From an uncultured Verrucomicrobiae bacterium (GTDB taxonomy: Bacteria > Verrucomicrobiota > Verrucomicrobiia > Limisphaerales > UBA11358): DNA of 64,000 bases. The notes under the pieces were generated by a model. It was given only the letters and a program-made list of their open reading frames with translations. It searched no databases and was not told where the DNA came from. Both the position numbers and the translations under genes were made by a program. Where the stretch lies: assembly GCA_963755455.1 (NCBI GenBank), contig CAVWJH010000004.1:18076-82075 (forward strand), read 5' to 3'. Positions 1 through 9,744 of the stretch are shown here, one piece after another. How positions within the stretch are numbered: the first letter of the stretch is position 1; each line of letters starts with the position of its first letter.

Positions 1-1936
1 TGACCTCGACACGCAAATCACCGCCACATTCAACGCGGCGGATGTGCCGAACATGGTCGGCGTGGCGACGCGGCAGGAGTTGCAGACATTGCTGGCGCAG
101 GACGTGCGGAAGGTGCTCATCACCACGATTCACAAATTTGGCGAGGCGGGCGGGAAGTTGAACGAACGGTCGAACATCATCGTGATGGTGGACGAGGCAC
201 ATCGCACGCAGGAAGGCGATCTCGGCCGCAAGATGCGCGAGGCATTGCCTAATGCGTTCTTGTTCGGTCTCACCGGCACACCCATCAATCGCGCAGACAA
301 AAATACGTTCTGGGCGTTCGGCGCGGACGAGGACAGCCACGGTTACATGAGCCGCTACTCGTTCCAGGAATCCATCCGCGACAAGGCTACGTTGCCGCTG
401 CATTTTGAAGCGCCGGAGGTGAAACTGAAAATCAACAAAGCGGCGATTGATGAAGCTTACCGCGCCATCACGGGCGACTTGAGCGAGCAAGACCGGGACG
501 ATCTCGCCAAGCGTGCCGCAAAAATGGCGGTGCTCGTGAAAAACCCGGAGCGCGTTCGCGCCGTGGTCCATCATATCGTCACGCACTTCCAGTCGAAGGT
601 TGAACCAAACGGATTCAAGGCGCAGGTGGTGACGTTCGACCGCGAATGTTGCGTGCTTTACAAAGCCGTGATGGATGAATTGATCGGCCCGGAGGCCAGC
701 GCCATCGTGATTTCCTCCGCGCCCGGCGACCCGGATGAATGGAAAATCCACAGTCGCGACAAGGATGCTGAGGAAAAGCTGCTCGACCGTTTCCGCGACC
801 CGGTTGACCCGCTCAAGTTCGTAATCGTCACAGCCAAGCTGCTGACCGGATTCGACGCGCCGATTTTGCAGGCGATGTATTTGGACAAGCCTTTGCGCGA
901 CCACAATCTGCTCCAAGCCATTTGCCGCACAAACCGCACGTTCGGCCAGGAAAAAACGCATGGCTTGATCGTGGATTACATCGGCATCTTCGACGACGTG
1001 GCGCAGGCGCTGGCATTTGACGAAAAATCCGTGCGGTTGGTGGTATCCAACATTGACGAATTGCGCAAAGTGCTGCCGATGAAAATGCAGAAATGCCTGT
1101 CGTTTTTCCCCGGTGTGGATCGCACCGTGGGCGGCTACGAGGGTTTGATGGCGGCACAACAACACCTGCCCAACAACGAAGTGCGCGACAAGTTCGCGGC
1201 GGAATACACCGTGCTCGCCAACATCTGGGAGGCGCTGTCACCTGATCCGTGCCTGGGTGCTTACCAGAAAGATTATCGCTGGCTGACGCAGGTTTATGAA
1301 TCGGTGAAACCGCCGAGCGGCAACGGAAAATTGCTCTGGCACGCGCTGGGGGCGAAAACGATTCAACTCATCAATGAAAATGTTCACGTCGAATCTGTCC
1401 GCGATGACATAGAGACGTTGGTCATGGACGCACAAGTCATTGAGGATTTTCTCAAGAGCAACGACCCCGCCAAGCGTGGGAAGGAAATCGAAATCACCCT
1501 CATCGCCCGGCTGCGCAAACATTTCGGCAACCCCAAGTTCACCGAGTTGGGCGAGCGGTTGGAAAAAATCAAAGAGCGACATGAGCAGGGCTTGTTGACG
1601 AGTGTGGAGTTTTTGAAACAAATGCTTGAACTGGCGCAGGATACTCTGAAAGCCGAGAAACAAGCCGACCCGGTCGAGGAGCGTGACCGTGCCAAGGAAG
1701 CGCTCACGGAATTATTCAAAGAGGCCAAAAACAAGAACACGCACATCATCGTCGAGCGCATCGTCGCTGATATAGACGACATCGTGAAAAAAGTCCGCTT
1801 CGACGGCTGGAAAAACACATCTCAAGGCGAGCGCGAGGTGCAACAAGCCCTACGTCGCACGCTGCTCAAATACAAATTGCACACGGACCAAGACCTGTTC
1901 GACAAAGCCTACGGCTACATCCGGCAATATTATTGA
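1..1936 (+). CDS. hsdR: Type I restriction enzyme R subunit, 5'-truncated by the window edge
   Basis: SF2 helicase motifs TTIHKF, VDEAHR, GLTGTP, LLTGFDAP and QAICRTNR; the frame is open from position 2 (DLDTQI...). Confidence 0.93.
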   Translation, partial: DLDTQITATFNAADVPNMVGVATRQELQTLLAQDVRKVLITTIHKFGEAGGKLNERSNIIVMVDEAHRTQEGDLGRKMREALPNAFLFGLTGTPINRADKNTFWAFGADEDSHGYMSRYSFQESIRDKATLPLHFEAPEVKLKINKAAIDEAYRAITGDLSEQDRDDLAKRAAKMAVLVKNPERVRAVVHHIVTHFQSKVEPNGFKAQVVTFDRECCVLYKAVMDELIGPEASAIVISSAPGDPDEWKIHSRDKDAEEKLLDRFRDPVDPLKFVIVTAKLLTGFDAPILQAMYLDKPLRDHNLLQAICRTNRTFGQEKTHGLIVDYIGIFDDVAQALAFDEKSVRLVVSNIDELRKVLPMKMQKCLSFFPGVDRTVGGYEGLMAAQQHLPNNEVRDKFAAEYTVLANIWEALSPDPCLGAYQKDYRWLTQVYESVKPPSGNGKLLWHALGAKTIQLINENVHVESVRDDIETLVMDAQVIEDFLKSNDPAKRGKEIEITLIARLRKHFGNPKFTELGERLEKIKERHEQGLLTSVEFLKQMLELAQDTLKAEKQADPVEERDRAKEALTELFKEAKNKNTHIIVERIVADIDDIVKKVRFDGWKNTSQGEREVQQALRRTLLKYKLHTDQDLFDKAYGYIRQYY

Positions 1937-2099
1937 GAACTTTTCAAAATTGCCGTGACAACCATCAATGGCGAAAAGCCAGATTCATTTAGTTCCGGTC
2001 AATCCACCTCGGCTCAATGCCGCATGGATGGGGCGACGAAATGAAATCTGCCAGCCCCCAGCTTGATCTCGCCAGGTTTTATATGGCCGATGCCACCGA

Positions 2100-2633
2100 T
2101 TACTGCTGGACGTATCCAAGGTAGGCCAGACGAAATGCAAATGCGTGTGTGCTTACCTGATATTTTTCAGCGAGTGTTTTGATGGTGTTTTCGTCGGTCA
2201 AATCCACAGCTTGAATATCGGCGACATCCCGGTCAACGAATGCCTTTGGCATTAACAATTCGGCGGCGAAAAGATTCGCCTCCTTTTCGTCAATGTCAGT
2301 CCCTTTGCTGGATTCGTCGCTGCGCAGGCGAACTTCAAAGCCGCGATCAACGTGGACCTTGTCCCCCGTGTGAAGCAGGAAATGCCCCAATTCATGGGCA
2401 ATCGTGAATCGTTGGCGATTTGGATGTTGCCGGCAGTTCACCCCGATAATCGCGGTTGATTTTTCATGGTTGCGGAATAGAAACCCTGAAATATCGCCCT
2501 CCACTTTCTCTTTGCGGACATCAAGGTGCAACGCCTGCGCCAGTTTCTCAACATCAATGGGTGCGGTTACGATGTTGTGTTGCTCTAGCAATTCTGTGGA
2601 CAGCTCTCTTACCAGTTTTCTACGGACGCTCAT
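2100..2633 (-). CDS. ImmA/IrrE-family Zn metallopeptidase (CapP-like)
   Basis: RQRFTIAHELGH (HExxH) and EKEANLFAAELLMP motifs; overlaps the XRE gene. Confidence 0.92.
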   Translation of the reverse strand: MSVRRKLVRELSTELLEQHNIVTAPIDVEKLAQALHLDVRKEKVEGDISGFLFRNHEKSTAIIGVNCRQHPNRQRFTIAHELGHFLLHTGDKVHVDRGFEVRLRSDESSKGTDIDEKEANLFAAELLMPKAFVDRDVADIQAVDLTDENTIKTLAEKYQVSTHAFAFRLAYLGYVQQ

Positions 2634-2988
2634 TTTTTGGTTTTTTTGATGGTTTTGACAATTCCCCTACTATCCATGCTTTTTCTGCTTTTGAAAGCCC
2701 GTTGGTCAGTTGTTGCTCAATGTGGTTCTGATCCTCGCTCGGTTCGGGAATCAATTGGGCAACCGGCACCTTCATCGCAGCGGCCAGTTCGAACAGGGTG
2801 TGCAGCAAAAACTTTTGCCGCCCCTTTTCGATGTTTGTAACAGATGTGCGTGTCATGGTCACGCGCGAAGCCAGGTCTTCTTGAGTCAACTTGGACGCCT
2901 TGCGCGCCAATTTAACCTTTCGCCCGACAATTTGATACAGCTCGCGTCGATTTTTTTTTGCGGAATTCTGTTTTATTTGACTGGGCAC
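2620..2988 (-). CDS. XRE-family HTH regulator (CapH-like)
   Basis: ARKASKLTQEDLASRVTMTRTSVTNIEKG HTH; divergent from the Ubl operon. Confidence 0.9.
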   Translation of the reverse strand: MPSQIKQNSAKKNRRELYQIVGRKVKLARKASKLTQEDLASRVTMTRTSVTNIEKGRQKFLLHTLFELAAAMKVPVAQLIPEPSEDQNHIEQQLTNGLSKAEKAWIVGELSKPSKKPKNERP

Positions 2989-2997
2989 AACGCCTAC

Positions 2998-3106
2998 AAA
3001 ATAAGCGGATTTTCAAAAGATGTCAACAGGACAAACTGTTTGCATCATTGACATATAGTTCCGTATAGTTTCTTGCATTGACATTACGCCGGGGTGCGTC
3101 TAGCTT
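2998..3106. promoter_or_regulatory. Divergent sigma70-like promoters between the XRE gene and the Ubl operon
   Basis: + strand TTGACA(3078-3083)-17 bp-TAGCTT(3101-3106); - strand TTGACA(3026-3021)-17 bp-TATTTT(3003-2998); repeated CATTGACAT and TATAGTT between them. Confidence 0.6.
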
Positions 3107-3149
3107 GCCACCAGGCTGGCAATAACGCCGGCCACAAACATTAACTAAA

Positions 3150-3884
3150 ATGTCTGCAATCAAACTGCACGTGCATACGTGCGAAGAGGTGGAACCGAAG
3201 CTGATTGAAATCGCTTCGGATGCCACGGTTGAGCAACTGCTCAATGAGATGCAAGCGGCCGGTGCCGCTGTCGGCGAATCTGGAGAAGAAGTGATTCTCT
3301 GGGTCGAAAACGAGGAAGTTGCGTGCCGCAAGGAAAACAAGCTTCACGACCATGGCATCAAGCACGGACACCATGTCCATTGCCATCAGTGCCGTCATGT
3401 GGCTGTAGCCGTCACGCACGATTCTCAAACTAAGGAAAAACCGTTTGCGCCATCGGCAACCATTCAAAAGGTGCATCAATGGGCGGTTAAGGAGTTTGGA
3501 TTGAAGCCGGTAGAGGCAGACGAAGTTCTGTATCTGCACGGCGATTTGACTCATAAACTGCCCGAACACGCTCACGTCGGTTCATTCGTGAAGTTTCCAC
3601 ACTGCAAGCTGGCCCTGCGGCTCGCCTGCAAGGAAATCAAGGTGAGCGTGTCTTACACCGGGCATGACCCGTATGAGCACAAATTCACGCCGGAAACAAC
3701 CCTGGGGACGGTTAAAGCCAAGGCGATGGAGTTGTTCAAAATCGAACCGGGTGCTGCGGATAAATACGTCCTCCAGTATGACGGCGCAAGCTACGATGAC
3801 GCCACCAAGATTGGCAAATTCGGGAAGTGCGAGTTGCCACTGGTGCTCCTGCTTAAAAAACCTCAGGAAAAAGGTTATGCCTGA
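3150..3884 (+). CDS. Multi-ubiquitin-like protein with three beta-grasp domains (BilA-like)
   Basis: Three ~80-aa units; units 2 and 3 share V.V....F.P..T...V...A...F; ends ...QEKG-YA; first gene of an E2/JAB/E1 operon. Confidence 0.8.
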   Translation: MSAIKLHVHTCEEVEPKLIEIASDATVEQLLNEMQAAGAAVGESGEEVILWVENEEVACRKENKLHDHGIKHGHHVHCHQCRHVAVAVTHDSQTKEKPFAPSATIQKVHQWAVKEFGLKPVEADEVLYLHGDLTHKLPEHAHVGSFVKFPHCKLALRLACKEIKVSVSYTGHDPYEHKFTPETTLGTVKAKAMELFKIEPGAADKYVLQYDGASYDDATKIGKFGKCELPLVLLLKKPQEKGYA

Positions 3885-4323
3885 TAACTTGGGAGATTTT
3901 TTGGCCAGCCACGAATGGGAACTCCTCAAGACCCTCAAAGGCTGGCAGGTCGAGCGCGATGACAAAGCCACGGATGTCATTCGCTTGACCCTGCCAGCCC
4001 GCGACGGCGAAAAATATATTGTTCGCTTCGTCTGTGACAGCTATCCCGACGAGGCACCGCGCGTGCATTTCATAAATGCCCAAGGGTCTGTCGGCGACCG
4101 CACGGCTTGGCCCAACGGGAATGCTGCGTTTTGCGAGGTGGTAAAACTGCCGCCACATTCATTTTTGTGCACCGACCTCACTCGGGAGGGTTTTGAGCAT
4201 CATCCGGATTGGAAAAGCCGGCCAACGGCATGGAAGGGAACCACTCACACGTTGTTAGATCTATTCAACTATATCCAAGATGATTTACTCAATTCGGTCA
4301 ATTATCAGGGCCGCGCCAAGTAG
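3877..4323 (+). CDS. Prokaryotic E2 ubiquitin-conjugating-like enzyme (BilB-like)
   Basis: ATG 3877 overlaps the Ubl stop; YPDEAPRVHF E2 motif; candidate catalytic Cys98 in FLCTDLTREG. Confidence 0.8.
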   Translation: MPDNLGDFLASHEWELLKTLKGWQVERDDKATDVIRLTLPARDGEKYIVRFVCDSYPDEAPRVHFINAQGSVGDRTAWPNGNAAFCEVVKLPPHSFLCTDLTREGFEHHPDWKSRPTAWKGTTHTLLDLFNYIQDDLLNSVNYQGRAK

Positions 4324-4789
4324 CAAAATTATTTTGCCGGAAAGAATCTGGATTCAAACCTGGCTGGGCTTGCGGGCGCGCGGTCATGGTGAAGTCGAGA
4401 GCGCGGCGATTTGGGGCGGCAAACGCAGTGGCCAAACCGAAACCGTCGAGGCGGTTTATTTTCTGGATGACCTTCCAGGTCATGTTCAGTTTTCGGGATA
4501 CCATCGGCTGCCTGAAAGCGATCTGGCCACGCTTTTTCATCGGCTCCAGCAGGACCAGCGGGTGATTGTCGGGGATGTTCATACCCATCCGGGGCGCTGG
4601 GTTGGATTATCCGGCTTGGACAAGGCCAACCCCATCGAATTTCGGCAGGGGCTTTATGCGTTCGTTTTGCCATCCTACGCCGTTCCAGAACCGTCGCTAG
4701 TTCAGGCTGGCGTCCACGAATATAAAGGCAACGGCCGGTGGAAAATGCTTTCGCAACGCGCCAAAAAAAATGTCATCAACATTGTTTAG
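4280..4789 (+). CDS. JAB/JAMM metallopeptidase (BilC-like deubiquitinase)
   Basis: E(VES)...HTHP...S..D JAMM motif (GDVHTHPGRWVGLSGLD). Confidence 0.88.
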   Translation: MIYSIRSIIRAAPSSKIILPERIWIQTWLGLRARGHGEVESAAIWGGKRSGQTETVEAVYFLDDLPGHVQFSGYHRLPESDLATLFHRLQQDQRVIVGDVHTHPGRWVGLSGLDKANPIEFRQGLYAFVLPSYAVPEPSLVQAGVHEYKGNGRWKMLSQRAKKNVINIV

Positions 4790-6029
4790 TGCCATGAATA
4801 TTTCCCGGATCAGCAAGGCGATAGCGGTGGCCCGCCGCGACCAAAACTTTAAGGACGCTGAAAACGTCAGGGATAAAAGCATTGACCTGTTCTTGTCGCC
4901 GCAGCCAACTGAAACCGATTGTCAAATGGCGCAAGTGGCCACGGCTTTGTTTCTGCGCTGTTTCAAGTGGAAGATTCGGATCCATTCTTCGGGCTCGAGT
5001 CGCCGCCTGCGCGCCTTATTGGAGGCCGAAGGTAAAAAAATGGGCGCGGTCGAACGGCTGGATTTCTCCCCCGGTGAATCTGGGCCGTGGCAGTTGGCCA
5101 TTGGACACCACATCGAAGGTGCGATTTCTGCGGACGCCTCCGGTTGGAGCGCACGAATCAATGGCGTTTTTTCTGAAAAATCGCCCGCCGCCCCTCCGGC
5201 GATCACCTTTGCCATCGCCTGCGCCGTCGCGAAGCTTTTTAACCACGCCATTTTTGACGCGCACCAAAACGCCCATGAATCATGGGATTTTTGTTTGCTG
5301 CGGTTTTTGTCCGGTGCGCATATTCCCATCCAGCTGGATGAAAAAATCAATTTGGGCCGGATCGGGTTGCTTGGGGCTGGAGCCATCGGGTCAGCCCTTG
5401 GATGCGTGCTTTCAATCTCGGATTGGTCCGGGGTGCTCGAAGTGATTGACTACGATACTTATCAGGAACCAAATCTGGAGACCTGCGTGTTTGCTGACAT
5501 TCAGGACGTAAACCGCCCGCTTCGTAAATCCTTGGCGCTGGCCGAATCCTTGAAAGGCAAAAACCTCGATGCCCATGAGCGGCGGTGCAAGGTGGAAGCT
5601 GGGGCAGGACTGCTCACGGAGCCATGGGATGCTTTTGTCTGCGCCGTGGACAATCCTGAAACCAGGCGGATTCTCGACGACGCCAATGCGCGTGTTTTGC
5701 TAAATGCCGGGGTGGGGTCTTCAAAACACGATTTGGGCTGGGTCTTGTGGACACAACATGGCCAAGTAGGTCAGGCAAAATTATCTTCGCTATATCAGGC
5801 TGGTTCGGGAATGGAAACTGCCGGCGGGGAGGATGTCCCCGAGGAATTTCGTGAAGAATGCAGTCGCATCGGTTACCAAGGCGTTTCGCTGGCCCTTCCA
5901 TTTGTCGGGCTTGCCGCCGGTAGTCTTTTGGCTGCCAGTCTGTTTCAACATGCCAATGGGAAACAGACACCACTATCGTTCGTTCAATTAGATTTGTTCG
6001 GCAAACAACAGCGAATGACTGTTCGATAG
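4770..6029 (+). CDS. ThiF/E1-like activating enzyme (BilD-like)
   Basis: GAGAIGS nucleotide-binding loop, DYD, AVDN..TRR, candidate catalytic Cys364 (EECS), PFVGLAAG; the N-terminal half looks like an inactive adenylation domain. Confidence 0.85.
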   Translation: MSSTLFSAMNISRISKAIAVARRDQNFKDAENVRDKSIDLFLSPQPTETDCQMAQVATALFLRCFKWKIRIHSSGSSRRLRALLEAEGKKMGAVERLDFSPGESGPWQLAIGHHIEGAISADASGWSARINGVFSEKSPAAPPAITFAIACAVAKLFNHAIFDAHQNAHESWDFCLLRFLSGAHIPIQLDEKINLGRIGLLGAGAIGSALGCVLSISDWSGVLEVIDYDTYQEPNLETCVFADIQDVNRPLRKSLALAESLKGKNLDAHERRCKVEAGAGLLTEPWDAFVCAVDNPETRRILDDANARVLLNAGVGSSKHDLGWVLWTQHGQVGQAKLSSLYQAGSGMETAGGEDVPEEFREECSRIGYQGVSLALPFVGLAAGSLLAASLFQHANGKQTPLSFVQLDLFGKQQRMTVR

Positions 6030-6073
6030 TCTTGGTTGGAAAATTGGCGAATGCCCGCCGTCCAATAAAACTC

Positions 6074-6949
6074 TCATACCGATTCTGCTGCCGCAATCGT
6101 TTCAAACTCCGAATATATTTCGGAGTGATTGGCGTTTAGATACCGGACAACCTTCGCATTCTTCAGCAGATTCTTGATATAGGTTTGCGCCGTTTGCAGG
6201 GTGAACATGTTTTCCGTGTAATTGTCCGTGACCGCTTTCAGGTCACGTTCGAGTGATTCCATTTCACTTTCCATCCGCGCGATGTCTTCCGGCGACATCC
6301 CGGCCTTTTTCTTCGGCTCGTCCGGGTTCACCAGTTGATGTTGCGGCGTCCCAAGAACCATCGCTTCGGCATAACCGGCCACATAGTTGTTCATCGTGAC
6401 CATCATCTCTGCCATTTCAATCTGCCGATTTCCGTTCACACGCCTGAACAGGCGGAGGGCTTTCGGGCAGATGTTTTTGTCCTTCAATAATTCCGCCGCG
6501 TCGGGATGGATGCCTTTTAGCAGGTTCATGGATGCCTGCACCACCCGCAGCGGCATGTTCAGCACTACCGCCAACCGCTCCGGGCTGACGCCGTTGTTCA
6601 CCGCCTTGACGATCATCTTGTGTTCCTGAATTGGCGGCAACCGGCTGATGCGGGCGTTGTAGGTGTAGCACTCGTCATCCGTGGCGATGAGGCAGTCGGC
6701 TTCCGTTTTGCCCAAATCTTTCAATGCGAAATAACGGAGGTGTCCGTTTTTCAGCATATATTTTCCCGGCGAATCCTTTTGCGGATAAACCACCAGCGGC
6801 TCGACCAGTCCGACTTCCGGGATGGATCCGATAATCGCCTTGAACCGATATGTGGCTTTTTCTTCGGCTTTGACCAGTCGCATCGGCAGAATGTTTTCCA
6901 ACGACAGCCGGATTTTTCGCAGTTCAAATCCAATTTTCATTTCGCTCAT
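6074..6949 (-). CDS. ParB-like / RepB C-terminal domain protein
   Basis: SIPEVGLVEPLVV..NGHLR ParB-N-like motif; third gene of the recombinase triad. Confidence 0.8.
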   Translation of the reverse strand: MSEMKIGFELRKIRLSLENILPMRLVKAEEKATYRFKAIIGSIPEVGLVEPLVVYPQKDSPGKYMLKNGHLRYFALKDLGKTEADCLIATDDECYTYNARISRLPPIQEHKMIVKAVNNGVSPERLAVVLNMPLRVVQASMNLLKGIHPDAAELLKDKNICPKALRLFRRVNGNRQIEMAEMMVTMNNYVAGYAEAMVLGTPQHQLVNPDEPKKKAGMSPEDIARMESEMESLERDLKAVTDNYTENMFTLQTAQTYIKNLLKNAKVVRYLNANHSEIYSEFETIAAAESV

Positions 6950-7833
6950 AATCCGTTTTTCGTTTGCGGTGATAGTTTGGCCGTAAGGTATTTCGGCATC
7001 GTCGGCAGTGCTTCCGCCCGCAGCAGCGTGAAAAAATTCTCATCGGCCAGCAGTTTGTTGAAGGCCGTCACGATGAAGCCCAGCCTGGCGTCGCACACTT
7101 TCGCCTTTTTAATCATCAGCTTTTGGCGCTGGCTCTCCTTGCGGTAGGAGTTGACCATGCTTTCGATGCTGGCTTTTGGTTTTACCCCCGATGACCTGCC
7201 GCCCCGCTGCTTGCCGATCCGCCGTCGGCTCTCCATCAGCCCTTTGACATACTTGAGGGATTTGTAATCAATCTGCTTTTCCTCGTAGGCTTTCAACAGT
7301 TCACGCTGCGTTTCCAGCGTGTCCGTCTTGGCGATGTCCACCGCCACCCACAGCGGAATCTTTCCCATCACAGCGGCTTCCAGCAACCGCTCTTCGCCCG
7401 AGTTTTTCAGGCTCAAATATCCGCGCACCAAAGCGTCGCTCACATCCAGCTTTTTGCTGATTTGATGGACGTTGTTGCCCAGCGTTTTCAACCGTTCAAT
7501 TTCCCGGATTAAATCCATCGGCTTCGGATAACGCCGCGCGATGTTTTCCACGAGGCTGCAAATCAGCAGTTCCTGTCTGGATAGCTCCTTCACTTCGGCA
7601 GGAATTTCTTTGTGCCCCAGCGCCTTGAAGGCTTCCATGCGCCCCTGCCCGCAGATCAGGTCATACTTGAAGGCATCCGTCTCGCCCACCGGCCGGCGGC
7701 TCACTTGGATTGGCACTTTCAGTCCGACGTTCTTGATGTTTTGAACGATAATGGCAAATTTTTTTGGATCCCGGTGGCGCGGGTTCACGACGAAAATCTG
7801 CTCAATCGGTATCAGTTGCACCTCGTCGCTCAT
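6946..7833 (-). CDS. ParB/RepB/Spo0J-family protein
   Basis: NIKNVGLKVPIQV, LICGQGRMEAF and SLVENIAR motifs. Confidence 0.85.
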   Translation of the reverse strand: MSDEVQLIPIEQIFVVNPRHRDPKKFAIIVQNIKNVGLKVPIQVSRRPVGETDAFKYDLICGQGRMEAFKALGHKEIPAEVKELSRQELLICSLVENIARRYPKPMDLIREIERLKTLGNNVHQISKKLDVSDALVRGYLSLKNSGEERLLEAAVMGKIPLWVAVDIAKTDTLETQRELLKAYEEKQIDYKSLKYVKGLMESRRRIGKQRGGRSSGVKPKASIESMVNSYRKESQRQKLMIKKAKVCDARLGFIVTAFNKLLADENFFTLLRAEALPTMPKYLTAKLSPQTKNGL

Positions 7834-9377
7834 GTGAGTTCCTCCAGCTTAACCCGCTCCGCCATGCCGAAAAATACGTCCAAGGTGTCGAAGCGGTAGG
7901 TGTCCAGATGAATGCCGTTGGCTTCCGCCACGCGCAGGTTTTCCCAGGTCATGTCCAGCGCCGGCAATATATAATAGTCGCGGATACCCTCATTCGTGGC
8001 GTCCATCCGCACGGCGATGGTAATGTCCGGCCGCGCGTTCGCGTCCAGTCGAATCAGCCAGCGCGACGAACCCGCGCCGGTTTCCGTGTGCCGGCACAAT
8101 ACGATGGACACGCGCATTTCACCATTCACGTCCAGCAGTTCAGTTTCACGATTCCAGACCGCCGCCGCGCCAAGGTCGGAGATTTTTTTGACGACTTCGC
8201 CGACGATTTCCGGGTGACGTTTTCGCAGCCGCCGGTTTTCCTCGATGAAGCTGTAATCAATGCCGGGGTCATAGCCAATCAGCCGGTAGGCGTTCACCAG
8301 TGTTCCAAAACGATGGCTGAACGCCGTGCTGGATGGCAGTCCTTCGGCTTCGTCAATCAGGATGCCCGAAATTCGACCGTGCATTTGCAGCAGGGTGCGG
8401 AGCTTTTCCAGCATTTCCTCATCCGTCAATTTCTGGCTCCGCGCCAGGATGATTTCCCGTGCCCGTAAGAATAGTTCCGGCTCGACGATTCCCTCAAAGG
8501 CACCGTCCGCCCGAATCCATTTGTCCGGCGGATTGTTGACATGCTTCTTCTTCAGCTTGCAGGACGTGCGGTGATACACGTTGTTGCCGATGTATTTTTC
8601 ATTGGTGAGGATTTGATGCACCGTCGCCCGGTTCCATTCTCGCCCGAAATCCGTCTTCACGCCTTGCGCGTTCAGGATGACCGCGATCTCGGATTCGATT
8701 TTTCCTTCGCCGATGAATGCCTGGAAAATCCAACGGACGATTTTAATCTCATCTTCCGGGCCGCGCACCAGCACCACGCGGTCGGTCTGGATGCTTTTTT
8801 GTTCGCCCATTTTTAGCATCGCCTTGCGCTGTCCGCTCTGGTCAATCAGCATCCGCCGCAGGCCGAACCCCGCCGTCCCGCCTTGCTTGTAGCCGAGTTG
8901 AATTAACCGGCACGCGCCTTGAAACACTTTCGTTGAAAGTTCCCGGCTGTATTCGCCAGCCATCGTCCGCTTCATGGTTTTCATGACCGAGGACATCGGG
9001 CTGCCATCATTCTCGAATTGTTCCGCGCAGTAGTGGACCGATACGCCCGCCCGGCGGCAGATGTATTCGTAATACGCGCTTTCGTCGGCATCTTGGAATC
9101 GGCCCCACCGGCTCACGTCATAAACAAGAATAAACGAGTATTGCGCTTTCCCTTCCTGAACATCGCGGATCATCTGCGCGAGCGAATCACGCCCTTGGAT
9201 GTTCAGCCCGCTTTTGCCTTCATCTGAATACACTTTGACGATGGTGAATCCACGCCGCTTGGCGTATTCGCGGATGATGTCCATCTGGTTGCTGGTCGAA
9301 TACTGCTGATGCTCGGTGGACATGCGCACATACACCGCCGCACAATTCGCCCAGCGTTCTTTATCGGCCCGGCTCAT
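7830..9377 (-). CDS. Large serine recombinase
   Basis: YVRMST catalytic Ser, YSDEGKSG, DVSRWGR; recombinase domain ILTNEKYIG. Confidence 0.93.
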   Translation of the reverse strand: MSRADKERWANCAAVYVRMSTEHQQYSTSNQMDIIREYAKRRGFTIVKVYSDEGKSGLNIQGRDSLAQMIRDVQEGKAQYSFILVYDVSRWGRFQDADESAYYEYICRRAGVSVHYCAEQFENDGSPMSSVMKTMKRTMAGEYSRELSTKVFQGACRLIQLGYKQGGTAGFGLRRMLIDQSGQRKAMLKMGEQKSIQTDRVVLVRGPEDEIKIVRWIFQAFIGEGKIESEIAVILNAQGVKTDFGREWNRATVHQILTNEKYIGNNVYHRTSCKLKKKHVNNPPDKWIRADGAFEGIVEPELFLRAREIILARSQKLTDEEMLEKLRTLLQMHGRISGILIDEAEGLPSSTAFSHRFGTLVNAYRLIGYDPGIDYSFIEENRRLRKRHPEIVGEVVKKISDLGAAAVWNRETELLDVNGEMRVSIVLCRHTETGAGSSRWLIRLDANARPDITIAVRMDATNEGIRDYYILPALDMTWENLRVAEANGIHLDTYRFDTLDVFFGMAERVKLEELT

Positions 9378-9495
9378 GTCATTTGTTTTGGTATTGATTC
9401 AAGTTTTTTGTGATGCCTCCGGCCCGAAGCCGGCAGGCATTATTCCATGATGGCAGATCGGCGTAAGCCGCAGCGATGAAATCTTGTAGCGCAAT

Positions 9496-9744
9496 TTATT
9501 TTCGGCGTCCGGCTCGCTTCCAATAAAAGGGGTGCAACTTGCGCCAGGCCCGGACTCGTTCCACTTCATCCGGGCCGCACCAGTGCCGACGGTTCGCTGG
9601 TTTGGATTGCCAACGCTTTTGGCTTGCTGCCTTGCTGGCCTTTCGGCATTTAATTTTCAGACAGAACCGCTGGTGATGGTGGTTGCGGGGATCGGTGGTA
9701 AACCACTTTTTGCAACAGCGGCATTTACGTTGATGGTGTTTCAT
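9496..9744 (-). CDS. Small basic Cys-rich hypothetical protein
   Basis: MKHHQRKCRCC...RNHHHQRFC...CRKASKAASQKRW; possible Zn ligands. Confidence 0.5.
   Translation of the reverse strand: MKHHQRKCRCCKKWFTTDPRNHHHQRFCLKIKCRKASKAASQKRWQSKPANRRHWCGPDEVERVRAWRKLHPFYWKRAGRRK

Noticed and set aside
3664-3876. N-terminal extension of E2 in the ORF track
   Set aside because: It overlaps the Ubl gene; the ATG at 3877, coupled to the Ubl stop, is the plausible start
3150-6029. CBASS Cap2/Cap3 or a ThiS/MoaD sulfur-transfer operon
   Set aside because: No CD-NTase or effector; E1 and E2 are separate; the Ubl is multi-domain; no thiamine or Moco genes
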